Below are positions 1 to 10,358 of a DNA stretch of 64,000 nt, one piece after another. Numbering within the stretch: the stretch's first letter is position 1; each line of letters opens with the position of its first letter. The notes beneath the pieces were generated by a model that had not been told where the DNA came from, did no database searches, and was given only the letters and a program-made list of their open reading frames with translations. This stretch comes from Myxococcota bacterium (GTDB lineage Bacteria > Myxococcota_A > SURF-8), in the NCBI GenBank assembly GCA_963674735.2, contig CAXXQS010000001.1, positions 1,056,001 through 1,120,000 of the forward strand, in the 5' to 3' direction. The translations under genes and the position numbers were made by a program.

Positions 1-1
1 A

Positions 2-775
2 CTTGATGAGCCTAAAGCTGCGGTGGTGATCCTACATGGATACTGTGAACACTGTTTGCGTTACGGTCATGTGGTTGATCACTTCGAGAAGCAAGGTTTG
101 AATAGTTACTTGATCGATCATCGGGGGCATGGCCGATCAGAGGGACCACGGGCGGCTGTCCTTCGATGGGAGGAATACCTCGACGATGTCGAGATCTTTC
201 TTGCGGAAGTGAGAAAACATTACACGGAAGGGCCGCTTTTTCTGCTTGGACACAGCATGGGTGGGTTGATTGCCACCAGCTATGTGCTTAATCGCAAACC
301 GAAGCTGGATGGTGTTATTCTTTCGTCGCCATATCTTGGCCTGAAGGCCGATGTGCCGCAATGGAAGGCGGTGGCAGGAAAAGTGATGTCGCGTCTGTGG
401 CCGTCGATTTCGCTCAAATCGGATTTGGATCCTCATCTCTTATCTCACGACCAAGCGGTGGTGCAGGATTATATCTCCGATCCCAATGTGCCAAAGTTGG
501 CCAATGCGCGTTGGTTTACAGAATCGAACAAATGGCAGGAGTATGTTCAGGAGAAGGCGTCAGGATGGGGTTTGCCAGCGCTTGTCATGCATGGTGGGGA
601 CGACCGCATTGCCGATCCGTCTGCAACGCGCCGTTTTCACGAACAAATTCCGGACAGCTTGGCGAAACTGATCATTTTCGAAGGCATGTATCACGAAATC
701 TACAACGAAGTGGATCGCATTCAGGTTTTAAACGCAACGACGGACTGGATTGCCGGGCGGCTGCAGGAGGGGTGA
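2..775 (+). CDS. Alpha/beta hydrolase, lysophospholipase/monoacylglycerol lipase family (5'-partial)
   Basis: Frame is open from the window start (LDEPKAAVVILHG). Motifs: DHRGHGRS, nucleophile GHSMG, HGGDD and YHE. Confidence 0.88.
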   Translation, partial: LDEPKAAVVILHGYCEHCLRYGHVVDHFEKQGLNSYLIDHRGHGRSEGPRAAVLRWEEYLDDVEIFLAEVRKHYTEGPLFLLGHSMGGLIATSYVLNRKPKLDGVILSSPYLGLKADVPQWKAVAGKVMSRLWPSISLKSDLDPHLLSHDQAVVQDYISDPNVPKLANARWFTESNKWQEYVQEKASGWGLPALVMHGGDDRIADPSATRRFHEQIPDSLAKLIIFEGMYHEIYNEVDRIQVLNATTDWIAGRLQEG

Positions 776-778
776 ATC

Positions 779-1600
779 TTGGCTGATCAAGACCGTGCAG
801 TAGCGAGCCTGACAACCCGGTCCAAATTTGTGGTCCCCAATATGATCACCGCCACAAGCCTGGTGATGGGGCTCATTTCGATCTTTTACTCGTACAATGC
901 AAACTATGTGGTTGCATCCTGGGTGATTCTTTACAGTGTGATTCTCGACAAGCTCGACGGCTCGACGGCGCGCGCCTTGAATGCGTCTACTCTCTTCGGG
1001 ACGGAATTCGATTCCTTCTCCGACTTCATTGCTTTCGGTTGTGCTCCGGCTTTTCTGGTCTTTGCCATTTGCACAAGCGATCCGATGGTAAAAGTGGCTT
1101 TCGAAAAATCCGAACACCCCTTATTCCTCTACATTTCCGTCATCTTTTTCATCTTGGCTTCGGCATTGAGATTGGCACGTTTTAACATCAAAGCTGAATC
1201 GGATTCTCCGTTCATGATCGGAGTCGCGACCACGGTTTGCGGAGCCTATATCGCTTCCTATATCCTTACGGCTTACAAGTACCTGGATTTCGAATTAAGC
1301 CTGAAATTACTTCAGAATCTCCCCTACGTGCTTATGATTCTAGGGGCGCTTGAAATTTCGAATGTGCCTGTACGGAAATTCGGGAGGCGTCCTAAGAAAT
1401 GGCTGAGGATGGTGGATTATTCTGTTTTCATGCTCGGTTTGGTTTGTATTCTCACCCGATCTTTCCCCGAAGTTTTGCTCTTTTCCGGTACCATCTTCAT
1501 TTTTCTTGCGTTAGAACAGTACCTCTTCCATCGAGAAGAAATATTCGCCCAAATACCCGCCCAGACGAGTCCGGATGACAAAGAGGAAACCGAGCCGTGA
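779..1600 (+). CDS. pssA: CDP-diacylglycerol--serine O-phosphatidyltransferase (CDP-alcohol phosphatidyltransferase)
   Basis: PNMIT, DKLDGSTAR...FGTEFDSFSDFIAFGCAP and LRLARFN motifs; several TM helices. Confidence 0.85.
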   Translation: MADQDRAVASLTTRSKFVVPNMITATSLVMGLISIFYSYNANYVVASWVILYSVILDKLDGSTARALNASTLFGTEFDSFSDFIAFGCAPAFLVFAICTSDPMVKVAFEKSEHPLFLYISVIFFILASALRLARFNIKAESDSPFMIGVATTVCGAYIASYILTAYKYLDFELSLKLLQNLPYVLMILGALEISNVPVRKFGRRPKKWLRMVDYSVFMLGLVCILTRSFPEVLLFSGTIFIFLALEQYLFHREEIFAQIPAQTSPDDKEETEP

Positions 1601-2778
1601 GTGCAGCGGTTTTAAGCGGCTTTGATCTTTTAGTCGCGGAAAAATTTAAGCGGTTAAAAGGACGGCGTGTTGCGATCTTGGCACATCAACCCAGTGTGGA
1701 CGGTCATTACCGCCATCTCGTTGATGTGATAGCCGATCAGTCGGACATTGAAATCGTGCGTCTATTCGCTCCTGAGCATGGTTTCTACGGTGACGCTCAG
1801 GATCAGGTTGCCCTATCGAAAAACAGCCGTTTGCGGGATGTGGACGTCGTCAATCTGTATGGAGAGAGCTTCGACTCGCTTTGGCCGCCGGACCAGGCCT
1901 TCGATCAAGTCGATCTGCTGCTGGTAGATATCCAGGATGTGGGAAGCCGCTATTATACCTACTTCGCCACGCTGGCTTTTTGCTTGGAACGAGCGGCTAA
2001 AAAGGGCATTGCGGTCTGTGTTCTCGATCGCCCAAATCCCTTAGGCGGGGAGGTGCTGGAAGGTGGATATCTCGAAGCCGCCATGAAGTCTTTTGTCGGC
2101 TGGTTTCGGATCCCTGTTCGTCACGGGATGACGGTTGGTGAACTGGCTCGGTGGGTCAATGAGCAAGAAGGATACCACGCCGATTTGGATGTTGTCGAGA
2201 TGGTTGGCTGGCGACGCTCGATGGCATGGGAATATTGCGGGTTGCCTTGGGTGATGCCGTCGCCCAATATGCCGACGCCCGATACGGCTCGTGTGTATCC
2301 CGGGGCTTGTTTGCTGGAAGGCACCAACATCTCCGAAGGCCGTGGAACCACACGACCTTTCGAGTTATTCGGTTCACCTTGGCTTGATACCCGAGAATTG
2401 ACCAAGCGCTTGGCTGCCGACAAACTTCCGGGTGTCCGGTTCCGTGAAACGGCCTTTCTGCCCCAATTTCATAAGTATGCCGGGACGGTTTGCCGGGCTC
2501 TTCAACTGCACGTCACCGATTCGTCTCTTTTCCGCTCCTGGCTCACGTATATCCGGATCCTCACTCATGTCGCCGCCATACACGAACAATTCGATTGGTA
2601 TCGTGGAACATATGAATTTGTAACCGACCGGTTAGCGATTGATCTGCTTCTAGGCGATTCCCGTTTGCGTCGTGCAATTGAAGACCAGGAGTCCGTCGAC
2701 TTCTTCCGAGATTGGGAACAGAATGCTTGCAAGGATTTCAGCCTTTCTCGCCACTTCGCCATTCGATACGCCGAATAG
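1597..2778 (+). CDS. namZ: Exo-beta-N-acetylmuramidase NamZ family (DUF1343)
   Basis: LFAPEHG, DIQDVGSRYYTY, VLDRPNPLGG, RHGMTVGELA, PSPNMP and SEGRGTTRPFE motifs; GTGA overlap with pssA. Confidence 0.9.
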   Translation: MSAAVLSGFDLLVAEKFKRLKGRRVAILAHQPSVDGHYRHLVDVIADQSDIEIVRLFAPEHGFYGDAQDQVALSKNSRLRDVDVVNLYGESFDSLWPPDQAFDQVDLLLVDIQDVGSRYYTYFATLAFCLERAAKKGIAVCVLDRPNPLGGEVLEGGYLEAAMKSFVGWFRIPVRHGMTVGELARWVNEQEGYHADLDVVEMVGWRRSMAWEYCGLPWVMPSPNMPTPDTARVYPGACLLEGTNISEGRGTTRPFELFGSPWLDTRELTKRLAADKLPGVRFRETAFLPQFHKYAGTVCRALQLHVTDSSLFRSWLTYIRILTHVAAIHEQFDWYRGTYEFVTDRLAIDLLLGDSRLRRAIEDQESVDFFRDWEQNACKDFSLSRHFAIRYAE

Positions 2779-2782
2779 GGGA

Positions 2783-4060
2783 ATGTCGAAGGACTTGGAG
2801 AGCATCGGTCCCTATCGTTTGATCAGGCGCTTGGGGAGCGGTGGTATGGCCGATGTGTATCTGGCCGAGAAGGCCGAGGCGCGCGGCGTTTTTAGAAAAG
2901 TGGCTTTAAAGCGTATCCATCCCCATCTTGCCCGTGATCCGAAATTTGTCGATCTGTTTATCCGGGAAGCATCCATTGCCCTTGATTTGAAACACCCAAA
3001 CTGTGTAACCGTACTAGGGTTCGAAGAGATCGAGGGCGGATTGTTGTTGGCTCTCGACTATATCGACGGTGTGACGCTGGAAGAAGTGAAAAAGGGTTGG
3101 ACCCCTGGTGCGGCATCTCAGGTACTATTAGGGGTTCTGGATGGTCTTGCTGCGGCGCATAGGCATTCCAAAGGGGCCATTGTCCACCGAGATGTGAGTC
3201 CGACCAATATTTTGATCGACCGTGACGGGCATGTGAAATTGATGGATTTCGGTGTCGCCCGCGCGATGGATGATCTGTCGGTAACGGAGCCGCGAGGTGT
3301 CCGTCGCTATGCCGCTCCTGAAGCCTCGCTCGGACAAGCGGTTGGGCCTCCGGCAGACCTCTATAGTCTTGCACGAACCTGTTTGGATGTCTGGGGTGTC
3401 GATGCGCCTCTACCGTTTACAGATGAAGCGGAAAGAGTGGAGTGGCTGGAATGTCGGAAGGTAGATTGGAAGGCGGTTTTAAAACCAATTTCGACTTGGC
3501 TATACGAGAATCCTGAAGCACGTCCCGGCGATGCGCAAGCGGCATTGAATGAATGTGAAAACGATCTCTCCGTGGACTTGGTTGCCGGACGACGTGAACT
3601 ACAGACGATAATCGAGCAAAATTCGGGGGGCGAATGCTCCGATGCTGTTCCGGGGCCGCGACGGACGCGAGTTTTAGAACCTGTGACTTCGAAATCAATG
3701 GAGAAGAAGCTTGACGAACACCGCAGATGGAGCGGAGTATGGGTGGCCGTCTCGATTCTTGTTATTTTGGGTGCCTTGATTGCAACGACCATGAGCGTTC
3801 TGAATCAGTCTACTTCTCATCCAGCTAACGTTAAAAGCGCTTATCCCCTTGTTCTGGATGCTCTTTTGAGGATCGACTCAAAACCGGATGCGAGCGTTCG
3901 TCTCGATGGAACACCGGTTGGAGAAACGCCGATAGTTATCAAAGCCAGTCCGGGACGTCATGATGTTGAGCTTGTTAGTGGGGAAGGGCAGGGAATTTAT
4001 CGGAAAACGGTTTACCTTCAGCCTGGACCCAACGCCGAAATATATGAATCTTTCAAATAG
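2783..4060 (+). CDS. Membrane Hanks-type Ser/Thr protein kinase with C-terminal PEGA domain
   Basis: GSGGMADVY, VALK, HRDVSPTN, DFG and APE motifs; one TM helix; PEGA-like IDSKPDASVRLDG..GETP. The ATG at 2783 is preferred over the ORF-track start at 2672. Confidence 0.9.
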   Translation: MSKDLESIGPYRLIRRLGSGGMADVYLAEKAEARGVFRKVALKRIHPHLARDPKFVDLFIREASIALDLKHPNCVTVLGFEEIEGGLLLALDYIDGVTLEEVKKGWTPGAASQVLLGVLDGLAAAHRHSKGAIVHRDVSPTNILIDRDGHVKLMDFGVARAMDDLSVTEPRGVRRYAAPEASLGQAVGPPADLYSLARTCLDVWGVDAPLPFTDEAERVEWLECRKVDWKAVLKPISTWLYENPEARPGDAQAALNECENDLSVDLVAGRRELQTIIEQNSGGECSDAVPGPRRTRVLEPVTSKSMEKKLDEHRRWSGVWVAVSILVILGALIATTMSVLNQSTSHPANVKSAYPLVLDALLRIDSKPDASVRLDGTPVGETPIVIKASPGRHDVELVSGEGQGIYRKTVYLQPGPNAEIYESFK

Positions 4061-4097
4061 CCTGGACGAATCGATTCACCGTTAATGCGTTTGGTAC

Positions 4098-4739
4098 TCA
4101 CAAACGACTGCGCACACAAGCTCGGACGGGGGAAGCGTCGAGCCCGATGAGCGGAAGGGGCAGGCAGACTAGATCGTAGTATCCGGTTGTTACCTCTGAT
4201 AAATTTAAACCTTCTACAATGGCTGTTTCCGCTTTCATGAATGTCAGATGGACGGGATGTCCCGGAGAGCGGAAAGGTTCGATGGATGGTCCATCAATTC
4301 CAACGAGTTTAATACCGTAATCAACTAGGAGGCGTGCCGCGGACTCATCCAGTGCAGTGAAATCCGTGCGAAAAGGTACTGAAGCATCGGTTGGTTCGTG
4401 GGAATTTCTTGTCTTGATCAGAAGGCGGATCAGGCCGCTTTCAAGTCCGGCCGATTTAAGCAAAGGCGCTGTTAAAATCGCAATATCTGGAAACTCGACG
4501 ACTTGAGCGGGACCAATCAGTGTTTCGAGTGGAAAGGTATCTACGCTTTTTCCGTGGTCCAACATATGCCAGGGAGCGTCGAGATGGCTGCCCATATGTA
4601 AATCGAGCGATACCCCGGAGGTGTTGGTTGTTTCACCCTTGCTAATGCGAGATCCGGGGTGTACCTGAAACGGTTCACTACCCGGCCAGAGAGCGAGTTT
4701 CGATGAAAGCGGGTAGGTAATGTCGATCCAGGAACTCAC
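4098..4739 (-). CDS. Cyclase family metal-dependent hydrolase (kynurenine formamidase KynB-like)
   Basis: Intact HxGxHxDxPxH (HMGSHLDAPWH), plus VGIDGPS and IVEGL..LPL...DASPVRA. Confidence 0.88.
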   Translation of the reverse strand: MSSWIDITYPLSSKLALWPGSEPFQVHPGSRISKGETTNTSGVSLDLHMGSHLDAPWHMLDHGKSVDTFPLETLIGPAQVVEFPDIAILTAPLLKSAGLESGLIRLLIKTRNSHEPTDASVPFRTDFTALDESAARLLVDYGIKLVGIDGPSIEPFRSPGHPVHLTFMKAETAIVEGLNLSEVTTGYYDLVCLPLPLIGLDASPVRACVRSRL

Positions 4740-7042
4740 GAGGCCGCACTTTCATCGTTCGTTTTGGGATTTTCTTTGTAAACCTGCAAAACCACGGTGA
4801 ATTCTGTTCCTTTTCCGAGTTGAGAATCGACAAGAATCTCGCCGTCATAGCGTTTGACAATTCCATAGCAGATAGAAAGTCCCAAGCCGGTTCCAACTCC
4901 AGGTGCTTTGGTGGTGACAAAGGGATCGAAAAGTTTGTCGCGTAGATTTTCCGGTATGCCTGGTCCGTCGTCACGGATTTTAACGGCTACTTTGCCGTCG
5001 AGCATGGTGGTTTCGATCCAGAGATTTCCTCCGCCTTTATTTGTTTCTTCAATCGCCTGGATTGCGTTGTTGATAATATTGATAAACAATTCTTCCAACT
5101 GAAGAAGCTCGATCTTGACCTTCGGCAAAGAGCGATCAAAGCTTAAATGTAACTTGATGCCTCCAAGATGGAATTTCTTTTCCCAGAATGGAAGCATTTC
5201 ATCAAGTATCAGATTGACGTCAGCCACTTCTTCATTGGCGTCCTGTTTTCGGGCAAAGCTAAGAAGACGGTGAGTGATGCCACGTGTCCGCTTGACGTGC
5301 TTGATTATTTTCGGCAGTCCCTCATGCAGTTCTTTAATGGTTTCGGCATCGGTTGCTTGAGGGTCCGCTTCAAGGAGTTCAAGAAGGTAACCGGTGATTT
5401 CCGAGATGACGGCCAGGGGGTTGTTGATCTCGTGTGCCACGCCGGATGCCAGCCGCCCCAAGGCGGCAAGCCGTTCCGATTGCATGACTTGACCGAGCAG
5501 CAATTTACGGCGAGAGATATCCTTCCCCATGCCTACGGTGCCGACTATATTGCCTTCCGAATCCTTGAGTTGTGAAAGGGTCAGGCTGACGGGTAGAGTG
5601 CTGCCATCTTTTCGTAATAGCTGGACTTCACAATCACGAACGGAGCCTTCTGTCCGCACTCGACGTACCAAACGTTCGCGTTCGAGTGGGTTCTGATACA
5701 TATCGCTGGCAGGCCGATGCACGACCTCTTCAAAACTGTAGCCCAACGATTCTTCCGCGCCCGGGTTGAAGGAAACGAGGCGGTCGTCCATATCGCTTGT
5801 GATGATGATAACCGGCGAGTTATTGACGATATTCTGGAGATAATCCCGCGTGCGTTTGAGTTCTTGCTCGGCGGCTTTGAGGTCGGTTACGTCCCTGGAA
5901 AGTCCGCAGACCGCTCGGATATGTCCGTCTGCATCCATAACCGGATATTTCGTCGTTGAGAGGAATACCCGGCGATTGTTGAGGATTACTTCTTCTTCGA
6001 AAGCAATCGGTTGACCTGTTTTTAGAACTTTGCGATCGCTCTCACGAAAAGATTCGGCGGCCTCGCGGTTGACGATTTCAAAAGGAGTGTGGCCGAGAAT
6101 TTCTTGTTTGGTGCGGTTAAACAATCGGCACATGGCCGGATTGACTTCGATATAGTTTCCTTGTTGATTTTTGATATAAGCCGCGATGGGTGCCATTTCC
6201 ATAAACTGCTGAAGCTGGATTTCCGTCTCTTTCAGTTTCTCTTCGGCACGGATGCGATCAGTTATGTCACGCGTCGATTCGATCATGCCCTGTATGGTGC
6301 CGTCGCGGTCGCGCAATGGCGCGGCGACGATCGCGGCGTAACGGGTGTGCCCATTTTTATCGAAGTGTTTGCGGACCAAAGAAACCATTTCACCACTTTG
6401 GATAACACGGTGGAAAGGGCAGTTTTCAACGGCAACCTGGCAATCGCCGCGTATAGCCTGCTCAACGTCATAGCAGTGTTGACCCCTGATCGACTCGATG
6501 TCATGGTGATTGTTCTTGAGAAAGATGGAATTGGCGTCGAGTATGATCATGTCGGTATCGACCACGACGATTTCATCGGGAATCGAATCGAAAATCTGGC
6601 TGAACCATTCGCGTTCGACTTCTACACGTTCGCGCATTTCCGTGCGCTGCTGAATGATGGCTTGCTGGGCCGTATAGAGTTCCCAAAACAAACTTGCCCC
6701 GAAATGATCGATGAGGCGCATGCCTTGGGGACGCTCTTTTTCAAGTTGATCACGGACTTCTTTCTTCCCCGTCAATTCGATAATCAAATCAAGGTCGGGA
6801 AGCTTTAGTAGCTCGTTGTAGTCGTTTGTTACGAGTTCAACGCCGATTTCCTTCGCGTACAGGATTCCAGGCGCGTTGGGATGGATATCAGCTACGCCCC
6901 GGATGTTGAGTCGCCAGGGACCGACCCGGTCGTTTTGCATCATTTGGAGAAACGATTTGCATCCCTGACCGCCTCCGACAATTGCTGCGGAAAGCTGGCG
7001 TGGTTTGGAAGCTGAAGTGACGAGCGGATTTGTATCAGCCAT
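4736..7042 (-). CDS. Cytoplasmic multi-PAS sensor histidine kinase with an N-terminal Rossmann-like domain
   Basis: N-terminal AIVGGGQG...DLIIELTG; three PAS/PAC domains; H-box AHEINNPL; N, G1, F and G2 boxes; no TM. Confidence 0.9.
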   Translation of the reverse strand: MADTNPLVTSASKPRQLSAAIVGGGQGCKSFLQMMQNDRVGPWRLNIRGVADIHPNAPGILYAKEIGVELVTNDYNELLKLPDLDLIIELTGKKEVRDQLEKERPQGMRLIDHFGASLFWELYTAQQAIIQQRTEMRERVEVEREWFSQIFDSIPDEIVVVDTDMIILDANSIFLKNNHHDIESIRGQHCYDVEQAIRGDCQVAVENCPFHRVIQSGEMVSLVRKHFDKNGHTRYAAIVAAPLRDRDGTIQGMIESTRDITDRIRAEEKLKETEIQLQQFMEMAPIAAYIKNQQGNYIEVNPAMCRLFNRTKQEILGHTPFEIVNREAAESFRESDRKVLKTGQPIAFEEEVILNNRRVFLSTTKYPVMDADGHIRAVCGLSRDVTDLKAAEQELKRTRDYLQNIVNNSPVIIITSDMDDRLVSFNPGAEESLGYSFEEVVHRPASDMYQNPLERERLVRRVRTEGSVRDCEVQLLRKDGSTLPVSLTLSQLKDSEGNIVGTVGMGKDISRRKLLLGQVMQSERLAALGRLASGVAHEINNPLAVISEITGYLLELLEADPQATDAETIKELHEGLPKIIKHVKRTRGITHRLLSFARKQDANEEVADVNLILDEMLPFWEKKFHLGGIKLHLSFDRSLPKVKIELLQLEELFINIINNAIQAIEETNKGGGNLWIETTMLDGKVAVKIRDDGPGIPENLRDKLFDPFVTTKAPGVGTGLGLSICYGIVKRYDGEILVDSQLGKGTEFTVVLQVYKENPKTNDESAAS

Positions 7043-7150
7043 AATAATCGCCTCTGATATAAGGATCGTTCGACACGCGTTTCAACGCACCGGTACAGAC
7101 GGGATTGTACAGGAAAATGGCAAGGTTGCAGCGAAATAATTCAAACGAGT

Positions 7151-7612
7151 TTAGTCGTTTGATGGTTTCGAGGCCCACCAGAAATATCCGCTGACAACGA
7201 ATAACCCGATTTCGAGGATCATGGCTCCAAGATAGGCCAACGAACGCACATCGATGAAAAAATAGGCCAGGAAACTGAAGGCCATGATGCCATGAACGAG
7301 AATGACCGGTTGCATCCAGTCGAGCTTTATGGGATTGCGCCACACCCGCCAGGAACAAAAGGTAAGGGTAACGAATAGGCCGATCACCGGTACCATCCAG
7401 AAATCGTTTGAACCGGTGTTGATAGCCTGCATGCTGAACAATTTGTCGCCGATCCAGTCGATGGATGAAATGACCTGGTTGCCAAGGAAGATCATAAGCG
7501 GAATCATCACCAAGTGGTAAAGGGTCATCCACCGTGCGACTTTTTGAAGGTTGAACTGTTCGGGTGTCAGGTTGGACGTTGTAACCTCTTGCTTCGGTTC
7601 AAACGGATCCAT
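7151..7612 (-). CDS. Hypothetical 4-TM membrane protein
   Basis: Four hydrophobic segments; SD-like AAGGGGAA before the ATG; co-oriented between alaS and the kinase. Confidence 0.7.
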   Translation of the reverse strand: MDPFEPKQEVTTSNLTPEQFNLQKVARWMTLYHLVMIPLMIFLGNQVISSIDWIGDKLFSMQAINTGSNDFWMVPVIGLFVTLTFCSWRVWRNPIKLDWMQPVILVHGIMAFSFLAYFFIDVRSLAYLGAMILEIGLFVVSGYFWWASKPSND

Positions 7613-7639
7613 GAGTTCCCCCTTTTCAGTGGTCGCGCC

Positions 7640-10357
7640 CTAAAGCGCGCTGATGATTTCTTTCAATTTGTCGAAAGCCGAGGCGATACGACTTGGATCT
7701 CCTCCCCCGGCTTGAGCCATATCGGGACGCCCACCGCCTTTGGCTCCTGCCTCCGCCGCAGCTTTTCCGATGGTTTTACCAGCCGGAACTTTCTTTCGTA
7801 GATCTTCACTGACAGCCAGCAGGAAATTCACTTTGTCATTTATAGGCGCAGCCAAGAATACCACACCGGAACCGAGTTTGTCGAGCACCTGCGAGCCGTA
7901 GTCACGGAAGACTTTCGGGTCGACATCCTCGACTATCGTGCATAAGATCTTAATTTCGTTAATTATTTCAACTTTCTCAAGCAGCGAAGCCGATTGAAGA
8001 CGGGCTTTTTCAAGTTGTAATTGCTCGATACGTTTCTTGTCGGCTTTTTGTTGGTTAAACAAGCCGGACAGGGCTTTTTCGAGCTGTGCCGGTGCGGTGG
8101 AGAGCATGCTTGCGAGGCTTTGTAGAACCTGCGTATCGTTTATCGATTGCTCGATTGCAGATTGGCCGGTTACGGCTTCGATCCGACGAATTCCTGATGC
8201 AATCGATGTTTCCGAAATGACTTTGAAAAATCCAATATCACCGCTTCGTCTGACGTGGGTGCCGCCGCATAGCTCCATTGAATCGGATGAAAGAGTGACA
8301 ACCCGCACGGTGTCGCCATATTTTTCGCCGAAAATGGCGGTAGCTCCGGATTCCTGGGCTTCATCCAATGACTTTACTACGGTTTCCGCTGCGTCGTTGT
8401 TGCGGACTTTGGCGTTGACGAGGCGCTCAACCTCGGCGATTTCATCCGGAGTCAAGGCCTGGAAGTGGGTGAAATCGAAGCGCAAGCGGTCGGGGCCGAC
8501 CCATGAACCGGACTGCTTGACATGAGTGCCTAGAACTTGGCGAAGTGCAAACTGCAGCAGATGAGTAGCGCTGTGGTTGCGGCGGACCGCATTGCGGCGC
8601 TCGGAATCGACATATAACCCGACTTCATCACCTACTTTGAGCGATCCTTTCAGAATTCGGCCTTTGTGGACGAAAAGCCCGTCGATTGGCTTTCGTGTGT
8701 CAAGCACAAGAAGAACCGTATTCGCCTGCAGCTCTGTTTCGATACCATGCGCCAGATTTTCGATTATGTTAGACAAATTTCCATCCGGAGCCGGTCCGAC
8801 AAGCAAAAGACCGCGGTCGCCGACCTGACCGCCCGATTCTCCGTAAAAGGGGGTGCGATCGGTGATGACTTCAACGTCCATTCCTTCAGGTGCTTCGTCA
8901 AGAGCTTGTCCACCGGAAAGGATGGCTTTGATGACGCCGGTTGCTTGATCTTCGTCGTATCCGACAAATTCGACATCTTTTCCCAGGGTTGTGTGAGCAT
9001 CGCCATAGAGCTTGACGCCGTCTTCTCCCGCTGCTCCTTTCCAGGATGCGCGACCTCGTTCACGTTGTTTTTTCATCTCGGCATCGAAACCCGGCATGTC
9101 TACAAGTTTACCGTGCTCTGCGGCGATAAGCTGGGTCAGGTCGAGTGGAAAACCATAGGTGTCGTATAGTTTGAAAGCCAAATCACCCGGAAGCGATTCG
9201 CTTTCGCCCGTTTTGAGACGACCCAACTCCATCTCCAGAATATCCAAACCGGTATTGAGCGTGCGGCGGAAACTCTTCTCCTCTTCGCGAGCAACGTTGA
9301 GGATGAAATCCCGGTTGCGTGTCAGTTCGGTATAAACATCGCCCATTTCCGAAATAACAACTTCGCAGATGTCCGGCATGAAAAGGTTGTCGAGACCCAA
9401 ACGCTTGCCGTGGCGGATGGCGCGTCGCATGATGCGGCGCAGGACGTAACCGCGATGTTCGTTGGATGGCAACATGCCGTCGCCGATCAGAAACGCGGTG
9501 GCGCGGGCATGGTCGGCAATCACACGCAGGCTGGTATCATCCTCATCGTTAGCACCGTAAGTTTTGCCGGAGAGGCGGCAGGTGGTTTGAATGATGGGCT
9601 GAAATAGATCGGTGTCGTAATTGGAGAACACGCCTTGTTTGATGGCTGTGATGCGTTCGAGACCGGCGCCGGTATCGACGGAAGGCGAGGGTAGGGGTAG
9701 CAGGGTGCCGTCGGACTGACGGTCGAACTGCATAAACACCAGGTTCCATATTTCCAGAAAACGATCCGAATCGCCGTATATATCTTCGTCTTTCCATATG
9801 TCGCCAGGACCGCTTCCCTGATCGACATGGAGTTCTGAGCAAGGACCACAGGGACCTGTTTCCCCCATGGACCAGAAATTGTCTTTCGCACCCATACGGA
9901 CGATGTGATCTTCTGCGATGTCGGTTTCTCGTCGCCAAATATCGAAGGCATCGTCATCTTCTTCGAAAACGGTCGCATAAAGAACGTTTTTGTCGAGTTT
10001 GTAAATATCCGATGCGAGTTCCCAGCATAGCCGGATGGCTTCTTGCTTGAAGTAGTCGCCAAAGCTGAAATTACCCAGCATCTCGAAAAATGTGTGGTGA
10101 CGAGCCGTGCGACCGACGTTTTCCAAGTCGTTGTGCTTACCCGAGACGCGCATGCACTTTTGGGCTGTGGTGGCGCAGGGAGTCGGACGTGCGATCTGTC
10201 CGGTAAAGATGTCCTTGAATTGGTTCATTCCCGCGTTGGTGAACAGCAGGGTCGGATCATCGAGCGGGATCAATGACGACGAACGCATATGCTTATGGTT
10301 TTTCGATTCGAAATAGCGGATAAACGTTTCGCGAACGTCTTTTGAACGGGTACTCAT
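7640..10357 (-). CDS. alaS: Alanine--tRNA ligase
   Basis: LLFTNAGMNQFK, RHHTFFEMLGNFSFGDYFK, editing-domain HSATH and ELCGGTH, C-terminal GGGRPDMAQAGG. Confidence 0.99.
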   Translation of the reverse strand: MSTRSKDVRETFIRYFESKNHKHMRSSSLIPLDDPTLLFTNAGMNQFKDIFTGQIARPTPCATTAQKCMRVSGKHNDLENVGRTARHHTFFEMLGNFSFGDYFKQEAIRLCWELASDIYKLDKNVLYATVFEEDDDAFDIWRRETDIAEDHIVRMGAKDNFWSMGETGPCGPCSELHVDQGSGPGDIWKDEDIYGDSDRFLEIWNLVFMQFDRQSDGTLLPLPSPSVDTGAGLERITAIKQGVFSNYDTDLFQPIIQTTCRLSGKTYGANDEDDTSLRVIADHARATAFLIGDGMLPSNEHRGYVLRRIMRRAIRHGKRLGLDNLFMPDICEVVISEMGDVYTELTRNRDFILNVAREEEKSFRRTLNTGLDILEMELGRLKTGESESLPGDLAFKLYDTYGFPLDLTQLIAAEHGKLVDMPGFDAEMKKQRERGRASWKGAAGEDGVKLYGDAHTTLGKDVEFVGYDEDQATGVIKAILSGGQALDEAPEGMDVEVITDRTPFYGESGGQVGDRGLLLVGPAPDGNLSNIIENLAHGIETELQANTVLLVLDTRKPIDGLFVHKGRILKGSLKVGDEVGLYVDSERRNAVRRNHSATHLLQFALRQVLGTHVKQSGSWVGPDRLRFDFTHFQALTPDEIAEVERLVNAKVRNNDAAETVVKSLDEAQESGATAIFGEKYGDTVRVVTLSSDSMELCGGTHVRRSGDIGFFKVISETSIASGIRRIEAVTGQSAIEQSINDTQVLQSLASMLSTAPAQLEKALSGLFNQQKADKKRIEQLQLEKARLQSASLLEKVEIINEIKILCTIVEDVDPKVFRDYGSQVLDKLGSGVVFLAAPINDKVNFLLAVSEDLRKKVPAGKTIGKAAAEAGAKGGGRPDMAQAGGGDPSRIASAFDKLKEIISAL

Positions 10358-10358
10358 A

